Positions 20,857-31,895 of a DNA stretch of 64,000 bases are shown here, one piece after another (positions within the stretch are counted from its first letter, which is position 1; the number at the start of each line of letters is the position of its first letter). The DNA comes from an uncultured bacterium (lineage in GTDB: Bacteria; Desulfobacterota_D; UBA1144; Nemesobacterales; UBA2774), in NCBI GenBank assembly GCA_963825135.1, contig CAWGRW010000010.1, positions 96,001 through 160,000 on the forward strand. Reading direction: 5' to 3'. Below the pieces are notes generated by a model. It was not told the origin of the DNA. It was given only the letters and a program-made list of their open reading frames with translations, and ran no database searches. The position numbers and the translations under genes are program-made.

Positions 20857-22420
20857 TGCGGCACACAATGTGTGCTCATATATGATCCTTCCGAAACTCT
20901 TACGCTCAAACCAGCAACGTAGCCAAACCCGTTCGTGCTGAGCTTGTCGAAGCACGTACACACATATTGCGGCACACAATGTGTGCTTTACGATCCTTCC
21001 GAAACTCCTACGCTCAAACCAGCGACATAGCCAAACCCGTTCGTGCCGAGCTTGTCGAAGCACGTTACCGACATTACAGAATTTGCGGCGGGTGAGCACC
21101 CGCGGGCATACGATCTCAAACATCTCCTTTCCTGTCATTTCGAACGCAGTTCAGCGTGCGCGCAACTGGTGACGTTGTTGATTGCAAGTAACTCTAATTG
21201 ACACCGTACACGATCTGCACAATCCAAAACGAGAAATCTGTCTTTGCCTTTGGTATTAATTCCCTCCTTAAAAAACGATCGAACGGGCGAGCATTCGGAC
21301 CTATCTCAAAGAGCACAGAAGTAACTTACCTTCCAGCTCCATCCTTCTGAAGTCGTTAGGGGGATTAGCTTTACCCCGTTCGTGCTGAGCTTGTCGAAGC
21401 ACGTACACACATATTGCGGCACACAATGTGTGCTTTACGATCCTTCCGAAACTCCTACGCTCAAACCAGCGACATAGCCAAACCCGTTCGTGCTGAGCTT
21501 GTCGAAGCACGTTACCGACATTACAGAATCCGCGGCGGGTGAGCACCCGCGGGCATACGATCTCAAACATCTCCTTTCCTGTCATTTCGAACGCATGTTG
21601 CAGCGTGCGCGCAACTGGTCGACGTTGGTTGATTGCAAGTAACTCTAATTGACACCGTACACGATCTGCACAATCCAAACGAGAAATCTGTCTTTTGCCT
21701 TTGGTATTAATTCCCTCCTTAGAAAAAGGAGGGCTAGGGAGGATTTAGCTTTACCCCGTTCGTGCTGAGCTTGTCGAAGCACGTTACCGACATTACAGAA
21801 TTTGCGGCGGATGAGCACCCGCGGGCATACGATCTCGAGCATCTCCTTTCCTGTCATTTCGAACGCACGGGAGAAATCTGTCTTTTGCCTTTCCGACATT
21901 ACAGAATTTGCGTTTAGAAAATGGATTGTACGAGCGTTAAGAATCTTACGCCGTTCGAGCGAATGCAAGTCGAAGTACTGTTACCGAGCGTTGCGAGAAT
22001 TAGCGTCGAATCGCGCCGATTGTACGAGCGTTAAGAATACTTCATGGAAACCGAATGCAAGCGAGCGCGCATTCGGACACCCTCTCCTATCCGCACGACG
22101 TTAGTTAGCCACGGACATCGCTAAACTATTGCTCCGATGGGGCGGAATTGGAAGATTTAGCGAGTACATGAGATTTTTAGCACAATTCTGTAGTCGGATG
22201 ATTTTTGCTTCTTTTCATCAAGGAAAAGAAGGATAAAAAAACAGCCTCTCACCGTCTTCTAGTCTTTTCATCTGATCTTTTCATAGACCACTTCACTAGC
22301 GTGCACGGTGTGCTTTCATAATCCAACACTATGCGTGTTCATCGAGGAAAAGAAGAGAGCAATCTCGCCTTTAATTGTTTCCTTTGTCTTGCCTTTTCGG
22401 AAGACCACACTATGTGTGCC
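20842..22420 (+). repeat. Composite intergenic repeat block with internal tandem duplication
   Basis: Overlaps the peptidase stop codon; several inserts; noisy copies. Confidence 0.88.
21590..21680 (+). mobile_element. ~90-bp insert subtype F in the GTCATTTCG...GAGAAATCT repeat (also ~21142-21230)
   Basis: Empty sites at 21853-21880 and 47412-47440. Confidence 0.7.
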
Positions 22421-22724
22421 CTTCCATGCCGGTTAAACCCGGACTCCCCCCCAACCTTCCCCTCCCGCCAAACCCCCCGCCAAATCCGGCTTACCCCCCT
22501 GTCCGGCCGGGCCTACCTGTCAGAAGCCCTGTAAAATCCGGCATCCCCGGCCCGCTTACTTTAACTTTAAAGCACAACCCGCTCAAAAAGCTAGACCGGA
22601 AAATTTTAAAGCGCAACTTGTCCGTCCGAGGGCGGTTTCCCGTCAGTTTCGACACTACAGGGTTTTACAGGAAATTTACCAAAGTGCCCGTTTTACGGGC
22701 TTTTGGGCGCGGGAAGGCCGCTAT

Positions 22725-23510
22725 TTACTTGTTCCCGTCGTCCTTGGTCTCGGGGAAGAGATCCCCTTTTATAAGATTAATACCGTCCTGAAGGTATCTT
22801 ATCTCCTTCATGGTTATGGAAGTGGGTATCTGGATGGTAGCCACCTCACCGCTCCCCAGGGTCAGGTCGAGCCTCCTGAACGACCCCGTGGAGGCCGTGC
22901 CGCTCTGCTCATGGATCATCACGTCTATAATTTCGGAGCCGGTATCCTCACCGTACATGACGTTGTCCGGTAAAATTTTAGCGAAATTGATGGTCGATTT
23001 CAGGTTATTGATAAACGTCCTGGCCCCGTTTTTGGTAAATCTCGTGTTGGCGAAGCTGTTCTGCCAGATGAGGTCCCTTTCGAGCACGTCGTTGTTCGGA
23101 AGCCCCTTTGACTTATAGTGCTGCCACACCTCGTTGAAGAGCTTGGGCTCGAGCGCGGCCGCCCGGAGCAGCTTCACATTGTCGGGGGCCTTCTCCAGGA
23201 TCCTGTACCCCCTGTCCGACACGGCTACCCGCCTGTTCTCGCCCTTTCCCGTGGACTCTAACACACCGTAGTAGGTTAAAGCCGCAATAAGCTGTCTGAC
23301 ATAGCTATTATATTTGGGCAGGCCCCACCTGGCTATAAGCAGGTTTACGGGGATAGGCGCCCTTTTATCGACCGAATAAATCCTCTCCGTAAGCTCGAGA
23401 GCTTTCTCCAGGTCTATGCATGGAAAGTTAGGACTCCTTTTCTTGCTCTTCCCGCTCGAGATTCCTTCAGCCGGCGCCTTGTATTTTGATTCGGGATTTT
23501 TGTCGATCAT
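22725..23510 (-). CDS. Hypothetical protein, possibly winged-helix DNA-binding
   Basis: 261-aa ORF (RSPNFPCIDLEKAL...AALTYYGVL); divergent from histone-like gene across repeated TGACAG motifs. Confidence 0.65.
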   Translation of the reverse strand: MIDKNPESKYKAPAEGISSGKSKKRSPNFPCIDLEKALELTERIYSVDKRAPIPVNLLIARWGLPKYNSYVRQLIAALTYYGVLESTGKGENRRVAVSDRGYRILEKAPDNVKLLRAAALEPKLFNEVWQHYKSKGLPNNDVLERDLIWQNSFANTRFTKNGARTFINNLKSTINFAKILPDNVMYGEDTGSEIIDVMIHEQSGTASTGSFRRLDLTLGSGEVATIQIPTSITMKEIRYLQDGINLIKGDLFPETKDDGNK

Positions 23511-23610
23511 AAAGCCGGTTCTCCGGTTTAAAAATAGTGCTCCGATAAATATAATCTATCTGCCGTTGAAATCAAGCAACCCTGACAGAAAAATTAACAG
23601 GTAAATACTG

Positions 23611-23639
23611 TTGACAGAAATCTGTTAGTATTGTATTAT
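23611..23639 (+). promoter_or_regulatory. Near-consensus sigma70 promoter
   Basis: TTGACA-17bp-TATTAT, embedded in TGACAG/CTGTTA inverted repeats. Confidence 0.7.
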
Positions 23640-23850
23640 GTCAGTAATTACGCAGAAAGGGAGGATTGAATAGATGAGAAAATAGACCCCCGTCATACAA
23701 GTGCAATATGGTTGTCGTTGCATGACGGGCTATTTTACAGCAGCGGAGGTTATAGTCGGCCCGATATAACATTCCAGCTGCGAGACGACCGAGTTAGTAA
23801 GTCTATTGTCTTATATCTGTAAAAATCCACTTTAAACAGGAGATCAGTAA

Positions 23851-24108
23851 ATGGCTACAAAAAAACCAGCTAAGAAGGCAGTAAAGAAAGCGGCTAAGAA
23901 GCCTGCGAAGAAGACTTCGAAGTCGAAGTCAGTACGTCACTCGGTAGCTTTTATGGCGACAGCGAAGAAAGCGGCGCCGAAGAAGAAGGCAGCTCCGAAG
24001 AAGAAGGCGGCACCTAAGAAGGCTGCTCCTAGGAAAGCTGCGCCGAAGAAGAAAGCAGCGGCAAAGAAGGCCGCTCCGAAGAAGAAAGCAGCAGCTAAAA
24101 AGAAGTAA
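23851..24108 (+). CDS. Histone H1-like Lys/Ala/Pro-rich nucleoid protein
   Basis: Repeated KKAAPK units, GGAG RBS, strong promoter and terminator. Confidence 0.85.
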   Translation: MATKKPAKKAVKKAAKKPAKKTSKSKSVRHSVAFMATAKKAAPKKKAAPKKKAAPKKAAPRKAAPKKKAAAKKAAPKKKAAAKKK

Positions 24109-24117
24109 GATTTGAAC

Positions 24118-24151
24118 AAAAGGGGCGTGATCCTTCACGCCCCTTTATTTT
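24118..24151 (+). terminator. Intrinsic (probably bidirectional) terminator
   Basis: AAAAGGGGCGTGA-TCCT-TCACGCCCCTTTATTTT between convergent genes. Confidence 0.85.
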
Positions 24152-24206
24152 CCAACGATTAAAACATCTAGTGCGATTTAGTCCCCGAACGGGCCCGGGC
24201 GACTCT

Positions 24207-24755
24207 TCAGCGGTGTAATTTAGAATACTCCTCGATCCTCTTTATCTGCGCCGGCGTAGGGCGTATGAACGGGCGCACCCTGCGAATCTTCTTCCACGCG
24301 TCCTCGGGCGAGTTCCCCCTGCTCACCAGGTAAGCGGCCGCCATCGCGGCGCTCCTCCCGATACCCTCCCAGCAGTGCACGTACACCTTGCCGCCGCCGT
24401 CAATCTCACCCGTAATGAATTCGACTCCTTTCGCGAGGTCCCTGAGCGTGGGAGCGCCGTGGTCGTCGGTCGGGAGTCTCAGGTACTTGAGCTCATGGAT
24501 TTTCGCGAGCTTGGGGTAGTCGTATTCGCTCCGCATATTCACGACGGCGGTGATGCCGTGCGTCCTCATCGTCTTCATCCCCGCCCCCCTCGGCTGCCCG
24601 CCGATCCATAGCTCCCCGGTAACCCTGCAGAACCTCGTGAGCGGCCCGCCCGTCACGTACCTCGTGAGCTTGTCGTACGCGGCGAGGATACCTTTCTTCG
24701 CGCCCTGGTATTTGAAATGGAGATAGAGTCTCCTCATTTCGGTAAAAAAGCTCAT
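24207..24755 (-). CDS. Dual-specificity protein phosphatase family protein
   Basis: VYVHCWEGIGRS (CX5R) motif; GGAGG before ATG 24755. Confidence 0.88.
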   Translation of the reverse strand: MSFFTEMRRLYLHFKYQGAKKGILAAYDKLTRYVTGGPLTRFCRVTGELWIGGQPRGAGMKTMRTHGITAVVNMRSEYDYPKLAKIHELKYLRLPTDDHGAPTLRDLAKGVEFITGEIDGGGKVYVHCWEGIGRSAAMAAAYLVSRGNSPEDAWKKIRRVRPFIRPTPAQIKRIEEYSKLHR

Positions 24756-24765
24756 CCCGCCTCCA

Positions 24766-25707
24766 TTATACGTCCTTTCGGGCCGGGGCCGCAACGAGCA
24801 GCGCCTTGGGCTCGAGCGTGACCGTAAGAGGGAAGCCCGAGTCTATCGGCTCGCCGTCGCAGGCGGCTATCTGCGGCGGATGCGGCTTTACCGACACCAC
24901 CCGCGCCGTGCACGTGTACAGGGTGAAATGCCTCCTCTCCCCCCACTCCTTCTTTCCGGAAAAAACGCTCAGGAGCGCGTGATAGGCGAGAGAGCCCACG
25001 GCGCGGAGAGTCGCCTGCTCCAGGACGATCACGTTCAGATATCCGTCGGAGGGATCTATCTCGGGCATGAGCTTCACGCCCGGCACCCCGAGGTTCCCGG
25101 AGTTGCATACGACGCACGTAACGCCCTTCACCCATTTCTTGCGTCCGTCTATCTCGAGTTCGTAGAGGATCGGGTTCGCCCGGCGGCCCCGGTCAAATGC
25201 CGTCCACAGGTAAGCCAGCGCGCCGAGCCTGTTCTTGAGCGCGGGGTCCGTCTCGACCGTCATCGAGGCCTCGAGCCCTATTCCTACGCGCAGCAGAAAA
25301 TGCCTCCCGCCGACAGACCCCACGTCTACGCGCCTCACTTCGCAGTCTTCCCCGAGCAGGAGGTCGAGCGCGGCCCCGCTGTCGTAAGGCACGCCGAGCT
25401 CGGCCGCGAAGACGTTCGCCGTCCCCTCGGGTATCACGCCGAGCGCCACGCCCGTCCCGATCAGTCCCTCGGCCGTGCCGAGCACGGTCCCGTCCCCCCC
25501 GGCCGCGATTACGAGGTCGGCCCCTTCCTCGACGGCTCTCCGCGCGAGTACTCCGGGCCCGAGGTCGGGCTCGGTGAGAACGATCTTGAAGGCGGCGTCG
25601 GAGGCCTCGAGCTTCGACCTGATCATATCGACATCCACCGGAGACCGCCCCGACACCGGGTTTATGATGACGTGTATATTCCTGAATCTCATATTGCCGC
25701 GACTCAT
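24766..25707 (-). CDS. Diacylglycerol kinase (YegS/DAGK) family lipid kinase
   Basis: INPVSG, GGDGTV, IPEGTANVFA, CDGE. Confidence 0.92.
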   Translation of the reverse strand: MSRGNMRFRNIHVIINPVSGRSPVDVDMIRSKLEASDAAFKIVLTEPDLGPGVLARRAVEEGADLVIAAGGDGTVLGTAEGLIGTGVALGVIPEGTANVFAAELGVPYDSGAALDLLLGEDCEVRRVDVGSVGGRHFLLRVGIGLEASMTVETDPALKNRLGALAYLWTAFDRGRRANPILYELEIDGRKKWVKGVTCVVCNSGNLGVPGVKLMPEIDPSDGYLNVIVLEQATLRAVGSLAYHALLSVFSGKKEWGERRHFTLYTCTARVVSVKPHPPQIAACDGEPIDSGFPLTVTLEPKALLVAAPARKDV

Positions 25708-25771
25708 TTTTTATCCCCCCCGCTCAAGCTAATAATTTAACCGCTACCCGTTGACCCTTTATAATTATTTT

Positions 25772-26556
25772 ACTTCCCCATATTAATGGGAGGGTCCGGG
25801 TGGAGGTCTACCTCATTATTTTTGTCATTGCAACGGTTCTGATGAATAAGAAGAACCGGTCGCTGCTGGCTGATTGCATTCAAGCTGCTGTGCCATGGGA
25901 CGAACCCGCCAAATATAATCCGCGAAGCAGCGCGGCAATCTCGTCTTTTGCAATTAATTCCCTCCCCCTCAATAGGAGGGGGGAGGGTCAAGGGTGGGGG
26001 GTTTACATTACAATCCAATCAACCAAGAAAGTCTTCTCTTCCCGACATTACAGAATTTGCGTCAAGAAAATCGATTGTACGAGCGTTAAGAATCTTACGT
26101 GGGCTGGGGTTGAATTGGAAGATTTAGCGAGTACATGAGATTTTTAGCAAATTCTGTAGTCGGATGATTTTTGCTTCTTTTCATCAAGGAAAAGAAGGAT
26201 AAATAAAACAGCTTTTCACCTTTCTTTGTTTTTTCTTTTCGAAAGTTCACACAACGTGTGTCTCTACGACTCTTCCGTGACTCCTCAGCTCAACCAACAA
26301 GCGAAGCCAAACCCGTTCGTGCTGAGCTAGTCGAAGCACGTTACCGACATTACAGAATTTGCGTCAAGAAAATCGATTGTGCGAGCGTTAAGAATCTTAC
26401 GTGGGCTGGGGTTGAATTGGAAGATTTAGCGAGTACATGAGATTTTTAGCAAATTATGTAGTCGGATGATTTTTGCTTCTTTTCATCAAGGAAAAGAAGG
26501 ATACAAAAAACATCCTCTCACCTTTCTAGTCTTTTCATAAAACACACAATGTGTGC
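25772..26556 (+). repeat. Composite intergenic repeat block
   Basis: Two cores, one insert. Confidence 0.9.
25832..25924 (+). mobile_element. ~93-bp insert subtype G in the GTCATTGC...GCAATCTC repeat (also 27414-27507, 32298-32390, 32488-32580, partial ~12391-12470)
   Basis: Empty sites at 53722-53755, 58170-58203, 59410-59443. Confidence 0.8.
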
Positions 26557-26606
26557 TTCTTTTTTGCTTTATCTCACCAAGCACAATGAAACACATCGCG
26601 GCAATC

Positions 26607-27317
26607 CTATTCCTCCTCCCTCCCCTTTCCCCAATCACTCTGCCAATACTCGTACGTGTCCGCGTCCATTATAGTGAGCCTCCCGTAGGTCCCCGCGCCT
26701 GTGTCGAGGTTCCAGAGGTTGGCCCTCCTCACGGGCTTTCCGTCCGGGTACTCGCGCAGAGTCTTCGTGTGCCCTATGAACACGTCCCTGTAGGGGAACC
26801 TGAGCCCTCCGATCTCGTAGATCGGCGCGAGTATTGCGTACGTCTTTCTGTCCGAGTAATAAACGTCCGGGTCGGGCTGCTTGTAAAGCGGGTAATCCCA
26901 GTCAAGGCCCGCGTGCACGTAGAGCCTCGCCGCTTCGTCCACGTGATAGAGGACGCACTTTTTCGAGGCGAATTCGAGGTGGCTTTTCATGCGCCGGCGG
27001 TCGCTCTTGGTCTGCCCGCCGCCGTATGAATACATTATCGTAACAAGCTCCTCGAATTTCCAATCGCCGAGCGTCCGCTTCCCCCTCCACTCTCCCCGGA
27101 GCCAGGACAGCGCGAGCGCGTCGTGGTTCCCGAGACACCAGACGAGGTCCCTCACCTTCATCAGCTCCTCCACGCACTCGGCCGAATAGGGATGGCCGTT
27201 GTACACGTCGCCCAAGGTTATGAGCCTGTCCTTCTCCGGGTCGAAGCCCGAGCGCTTGAACACCTGCCTGAGCGCGCTCAGGTTCCCGTGTATGTCCCCT
27301 ATGACCAGCGTACGCAT
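26607..27317 (-). CDS. Calcineurin-like metallophosphoesterase (Ser/Thr phosphatase-like)
   Basis: GDIHG, LGDVY, LGNHD, VHAG, GHT, DTGA motifs. Confidence 0.9.
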   Translation of the reverse strand: MRTLVIGDIHGNLSALRQVFKRSGFDPEKDRLITLGDVYNGHPYSAECVEELMKVRDLVWCLGNHDALALSWLRGEWRGKRTLGDWKFEELVTIMYSYGGGQTKSDRRRMKSHLEFASKKCVLYHVDEAARLYVHAGLDWDYPLYKQPDPDVYYSDRKTYAILAPIYEIGGLRFPYRDVFIGHTKTLREYPDGKPVRRANLWNLDTGAGTYGRLTIMDADTYEYWQSDWGKGREEE

Positions 27318-27396
27318 CCAAGCAGTATTCTCGTTCCCGCCGCCGTTTTCAACCCGGAACTTTTTCTTCCGTATTTACTATTCGCATCCCATCGCT

Positions 27397-28272
27397 AATA
27401 TTTTTGTCATTGCAATGGTTCCGATGAATAAGAAGAACCGGCCGCTGCCGGCTGATTGCATTCAAGCTGCCGTGCCATGGGACGAACCTGCCAAATAAAA
27501 TCTGTGAGAGCAGCGCGGCAATCTCGCCTGTTCCTTTAATTCCCTCCCCCCTCCATAAGGGGGGAGGGTGCGGGTGGGGGGTTTACCTTAATATGCCTGT
27601 CAGCCTTTTCTTCCCCGACATTACAGAATTTGCGGCGCACACGCACATAGTGCGTTTCTATGATTCTTCCGTAACTCCTACGCTCAAACCAGCGACGTAG
27701 CCCAATCCGTTCGCCCCGAGCGCACACGAAGTGTGCCGTCGAAGGGTCTCTTCCCTTCAATTTCCCCCTTAGAAAAAGGGGGATTAAGGGGGATTTAGTC
27801 TTTTCTTTTTCCCCGACATTACAAAATTTGCGGCGGGTGCTCACCCGCACATTAATTCCCCTCTCCCTTGAGGGGAGAGGGTGAAGGGTGAGGGTGTACC
27901 TTATCACTACTATCAATCTAGAAGTCTTTTCTTCCCGACATTACAGAATTTGCGTTAAGAAAATCGATTGTACGAGCGTTAAAAATCTTCCACGGGGTGG
28001 GGTAGAATTGGAAGATTTAGCGAGTACATGAGATTTTTAGCAAATTATGTAGTCGGATGATTTTTGCTTCTTTTCATCAAGGAAAAGAAGGAATTAAATT
28101 AGCCTTTGTCTTGTCCTTCCTTAGTTTTGTCTTTCCGAAAGATCACACTACGTGTGTTCATCAAGGAAAAGAAGGATTAAAAAAATATCCTTTCACCTTT
28201 CTTGTCTTTTCATTACCTTTTCATAGACCATTTAGGCGCACGGTGTTTTATAAACTACACTACGTGTGTGCC
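27397..28272 (+). repeat. Composite intergenic repeat block (divergent gene pair)
   Basis: One core, two free joints, one insert. Confidence 0.9.
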
Positions 28273-28373
28273 TTTTCTCAGTCTCTTTCTCGGCGTCAGC
28301 CAATCCCGGGATCCCTTCTCCCCCGCAACAAATTCCCCTCAAAAAGAGTTAATATATCCCGAGGAGGCATCAC

Positions 28374-28607
28374 ATGAAGACAGACACATATACGAAAATC
28401 ATTCTCACGGTAATAGCGGTCGCGCTCTGGGGCATATTCCTGAGCCCCTACTTCCGCGCGAACGATTCGGCGGCGACGACCGGGATCATCGACGTCAATC
28501 TGAAGCAGATCGACGGCTCGAGCATAAACAAAGTTCTCGACGTGAACATAGAAGAGGTGAACGGAAGCTCCGTTTACAACTCGCTGCCCGTCGAAATCAA
28601 GCAGTGA
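28374..28607 (+). CDS. Small membrane-anchored hypothetical protein
   Basis: MKTDTYTKIILTVIAVALW N-terminus, GGAGG RBS, internal DVN..qidG repeat. Confidence 0.7.
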   Translation: MKTDTYTKIILTVIAVALWGIFLSPYFRANDSAATTGIIDVNLKQIDGSSINKVLDVNIEEVNGSSVYNSLPVEIKQ

Positions 28608-28687
28608 GCTAACTCGTTACCCGCTCCGGCGGCATTGAATAGACGCCTCGTATATCGTATAATTGTGGCACTGTAAGGTCTTGGAGG

Positions 28688-29470
28688 ATGTCCGAAATGC
28701 CGCATATACGTGGATTGGCAATCTTTTTTATAACGCTGCTGTCCATATCAGCCGTCGCGGTATTGATAAGCGCGGATACCTCTCAGGCCGTGGTCACCTT
28801 CACATCTAACCGCTCGCAGTTCTTCAACGACAACCCCGGACTTCTCTTGCAGACATTCGAAAGCGGCAACGTCGCGCAGGGAGAGATCGTGGGTTGCAAC
28901 ACCCCTGTGGACAGCAATTCAAACGACGATTGTTTTTCTCCCGGAGACATACTGCCGGGAATAGCGTTCAACACTGACCCCGACTTCGGTGGTACTATCC
29001 TTTCCGGGCCGTTCCTTTTTTCGAACCTGAATCCCGAGAAAGTCCTATTGCCCGACGGCTCCCTCCAGAAGAGCGTGATAACGTTTCCCGGGAATAGTGT
29101 AAATGCCGCGGGTCTCGAGCTGGGCTGCCTGTTCGATCAGGGTTTCGGACTTCCATGCACCGGACAGACCATGCTCGTTCAGGTTTTCGGAGCGGGAAAT
29201 GCCCTGCTGGGCGAAACCATAGTCCCGGTTGACAGCACATTCGACACGTTTGTCGGGATCACCTCCGATGCGCTTATCGAAAGGATTACATTTATAGACG
29301 CTGACCTCATTACACAGTTGAGCTTCAACGCCGTCGAGAAGGTGTATTTCCCGAACGTTAACATTCAGCGAGTCCCCGCGCTCTCCCAACTGGGCACGGC
29401 CGCACTCGTGCTCATCCTCGCCGCCGCCGCCTTCATCAGGCTCCGCCGCAAGACCGTGCTCCGCTACTGA
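28688..29470 (+). CDS. IPTL-CTERM-like surface protein (different ectodomain from the main array)
   Basis: Signal peptide; C-terminal VPALSQLG + TM helix + RLRRK. Confidence 0.75.
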   Translation: MSEMPHIRGLAIFFITLLSISAVAVLISADTSQAVVTFTSNRSQFFNDNPGLLLQTFESGNVAQGEIVGCNTPVDSNSNDDCFSPGDILPGIAFNTDPDFGGTILSGPFLFSNLNPEKVLLPDGSLQKSVITFPGNSVNAAGLELGCLFDQGFGLPCTGQTMLVQVFGAGNALLGETIVPVDSTFDTFVGITSDALIERITFIDADLITQLSFNAVEKVYFPNVNIQRVPALSQLGTAALVLILAAAAFIRLRRKTVLRY

Positions 29471-29572
29471 CCCTTGTGCGTCTCCTTCACCACTAAACAT
29501 CCCTGTCCTCCCCTTCCCCTCCTCGTGCACCGGCGGTATCATTACTGAAAATCCGCACGGAGGCTGCGCGCA

Positions 29573-30304
29573 ATGCCGGGATTCCATCACCCGCTCAAGA
29601 ACGGACACACGCACGAAGAGATAACGGAGATATTCCGCCGCCACTGGGACGTATACAGAAAAGTGCTCGAGCACGACTACATGTCCCACAAAGCCGTGTA
29701 CGGAAGATTGCGCGACATACTCAACACCGAAATCGGCCCCTCGTTCTCGTTCGCCGACCTCGCCTGCGGCGACGCGTACTGGTCCTCGCGCTGCCTCTCG
29801 GAAACGGAAATCGGCGAATACACGGGCATAGACCTCTCCGAATGGGCGCTCGAGCTCGCGAAGAAGGAGCTCGAAAGGATTCCCGTTGAACCCAATCTCG
29901 TCACAGGCAACTTCGAGGAGTTCGATAAATATATGGACTCTCCGCCCGACGTCGTGTGGGTGGGGCTCTCGGTCCATCACCTGGTGACGGACGAGAAAGG
30001 CAGGTTTATGAAAAAGGTACGGGGCACGCTCCCGAAAGACGGCGTGTTCATGATATACGAGCCTACGCTCACCGAGGGCGAAGACAGGACGGCGTACTTC
30101 GATAGATTCAGCGAAGTGGTCAGGCGCACCTGGACCGGACTCACCCCCGAGGAGCTCGACATAGTTTTCGACCACGTGAAAAAATCTGATTTGCCGGAGC
30201 AGCCCTCCGACTGGATAAGTCTCGGCAGACAGGCGGGATTCAGCACCGCGGAGGAGGTCTACACGGACCCGAGCGGCCTCTACACCGTATTCAAATACGA
30301 GTAG
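29573..30304 (+). CDS. Class I SAM-dependent methyltransferase
   Basis: DLACGDA, YTGIDLS, SVHHL motifs. Confidence 0.88.
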   Translation: MPGFHHPLKNGHTHEEITEIFRRHWDVYRKVLEHDYMSHKAVYGRLRDILNTEIGPSFSFADLACGDAYWSSRCLSETEIGEYTGIDLSEWALELAKKELERIPVEPNLVTGNFEEFDKYMDSPPDVVWVGLSVHHLVTDEKGRFMKKVRGTLPKDGVFMIYEPTLTEGEDRTAYFDRFSEVVRRTWTGLTPEELDIVFDHVKKSDLPEQPSDWISLGRQAGFSTAEEVYTDPSGLYTVFKYE

Positions 30305-30810
30305 CGCGCACACGCACGTAGTGCGTTTCTACGATTCCATCAGACTTCCTTAGCTCAACCCGGCAATCATGGCGTTTTCGTACTTCAGCGGCGATACGCC
30401 GCCCCCTTCACCCTGAGCGCACACGAAGCGCGCCGTCGAAGGGTCTTCCTTAATTTCCCTCCCCCTCAATAGGAGGGGGGAGGGTTAGGGTGGGGGTGTA
30501 CCTAGATATGTAAACCCGTTCGTGCTGAGCCAGTCGAAGCACGTTACCGACATTACAGAATTTGCGTTAAGAAAATCGATTGTTCAAGCGTAAAGAAATC
30601 TTGTGGGGCGGAGTCCAATTGAAAGATTTTAGCTTAAGACATAAGATTTTTAGCGTAATTCTGTAGTCGGATGATTTTTGCTTCTTTTCATCAAGGAAAA
30701 GAAGGATAAATAAAACAGCCTTTCACCTTTCTAGTCTTTTCATGATCTTTTCATAGACCATCTAGATGCACGGTGTTTTCATATTCCACTCTATGTGTGT
30801 CTTTCCGTAT
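30305..30810 (+). repeat. Composite intergenic repeat block
   Basis: Starts at the methyltransferase stop codon; divergent core copy. Confidence 0.9.
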
Positions 30811-30993
30811 GCGCCAAACCCCGGCCCCATACTCGATATGCCGCTAACTCGCACCAATAACTCACATTTGTGCCAACTCCGCCCCCTCCCCCCAATCCCC
30901 GCATAACAATTTTTTTGAATCCGTTTACAATTTTCGGCCGTATTATCGTTACAGATATTGACAAAAATCGTAAAGGGGTATTTGTTTAGGGTT

Positions 30994-31266
30994 ATGAAGA
31001 TATTGCTTGTTTTGTTAATTGCCGGACTGTTTTGGGCGCCTGTGTGGTCTTCCGGTACGGAACATGAGGAAAACGTCATAGTCTATTCGACGTACCCGAA
31101 CAACTACATCTCCTACATCTACGTCCTGCAGACCGAAGGTAAGGGATCGGCGTCAGGTCCCGGGGTGAACATAGCGTATCTAAAGCCCCCCGTCTTTTCG
31201 AACCAGCTCTACGTCAGCAGGAACTACAGAAACATCCTCTGCACGAAATACACGATCTGCAATTAA
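30994..31266 (+). CDS. Hypothetical exported protein
   Basis: MKILLVLLIAGLFW signal peptide; unique sequence. Confidence 0.5.
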   Translation: MKILLVLLIAGLFWAPVWSSGTEHEENVIVYSTYPNNYISYIYVLQTEGKGSASGPGVNIAYLKPPVFSNQLYVSRNYRNILCTKYTICN

Positions 31267-31365
31267 ATCCCGCACAGCCGCTTCCCGGATAATCTATCGG
31301 GACGGAACACTGCCGGCATTACGCCATTATTTTTAGGACTCGCGATGCACGGCCGGAAGCGGATA

Positions 31366-31803
31366 TTATTTGCAGTCCCCGATCCGTTTCCCTTCGGCCT
31401 TGTTTATGATGGTCACAGGTTTCCCTTCGAACTGCCCGTTCAGCACAATGTTCCAGCTGATCGCCATTCCGTTCGAGCTGTACTCCGCCTTGCCAGTCAG
31501 CGGAGGCATGCGGTCCCCGCCCGTGCAGTTGATGTTGAATCTTACGGTATTCCCGACCTTCTTCACGTCGCTGGCCGTGCAGCCCGCGTTTGCCGGGAGT
31601 GCGCTAACGGGATTGAACACTTTATCTGTTATGCACTTCTCTTCGTTGTTGACGATGGCGTTCGGGTCATCGTTGGAGCTGGTTTCCCTCTTGATCTGGT
31701 AATTCCCCGGGGTCACGTTGAGCACTGCGTCCTCAGCCCGCGCGCCGGCGAAGGCCATAACCGCAAAAGAAAAAACAAACAGGTACTTAAAAGCGATTCT
31801 CAT
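31366..31803 (-). CDS. DUF3617-family exported protein
   Basis: Signal peptide, PGNYQI, four Cys, C-terminal GKRIGDC. Confidence 0.8.
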   Translation of the reverse strand: MRIAFKYLFVFSFAVMAFAGARAEDAVLNVTPGNYQIKRETSSNDDPNAIVNNEEKCITDKVFNPVSALPANAGCTASDVKKVGNTVRFNINCTGGDRMPPLTGKAEYSSNGMAISWNIVLNGQFEGKPVTIINKAEGKRIGDCK

Positions 31804-31895
31804 TTAAGAACTTCCTCCGTTATATGCTTTATTGAAGATGTAGAATTATAGTTTACTCCCGCCCCGAGTTCAATGTTAATATTCCCGCAGCCGGG

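Noticed and set aside
21950..22050. Apparently novel sequence inside core copies (also ~34890-34965, ~47520-47600, ~10100-10165)
   Set aside because: Looks like garbled mixtures of known modules, consistent with consensus errors in repeats; needs raw reads.
23929..24138. Minus-strand low-complexity ORFs (FFGAAFF...)
   Set aside because: Antisense shadow of the histone-like gene.
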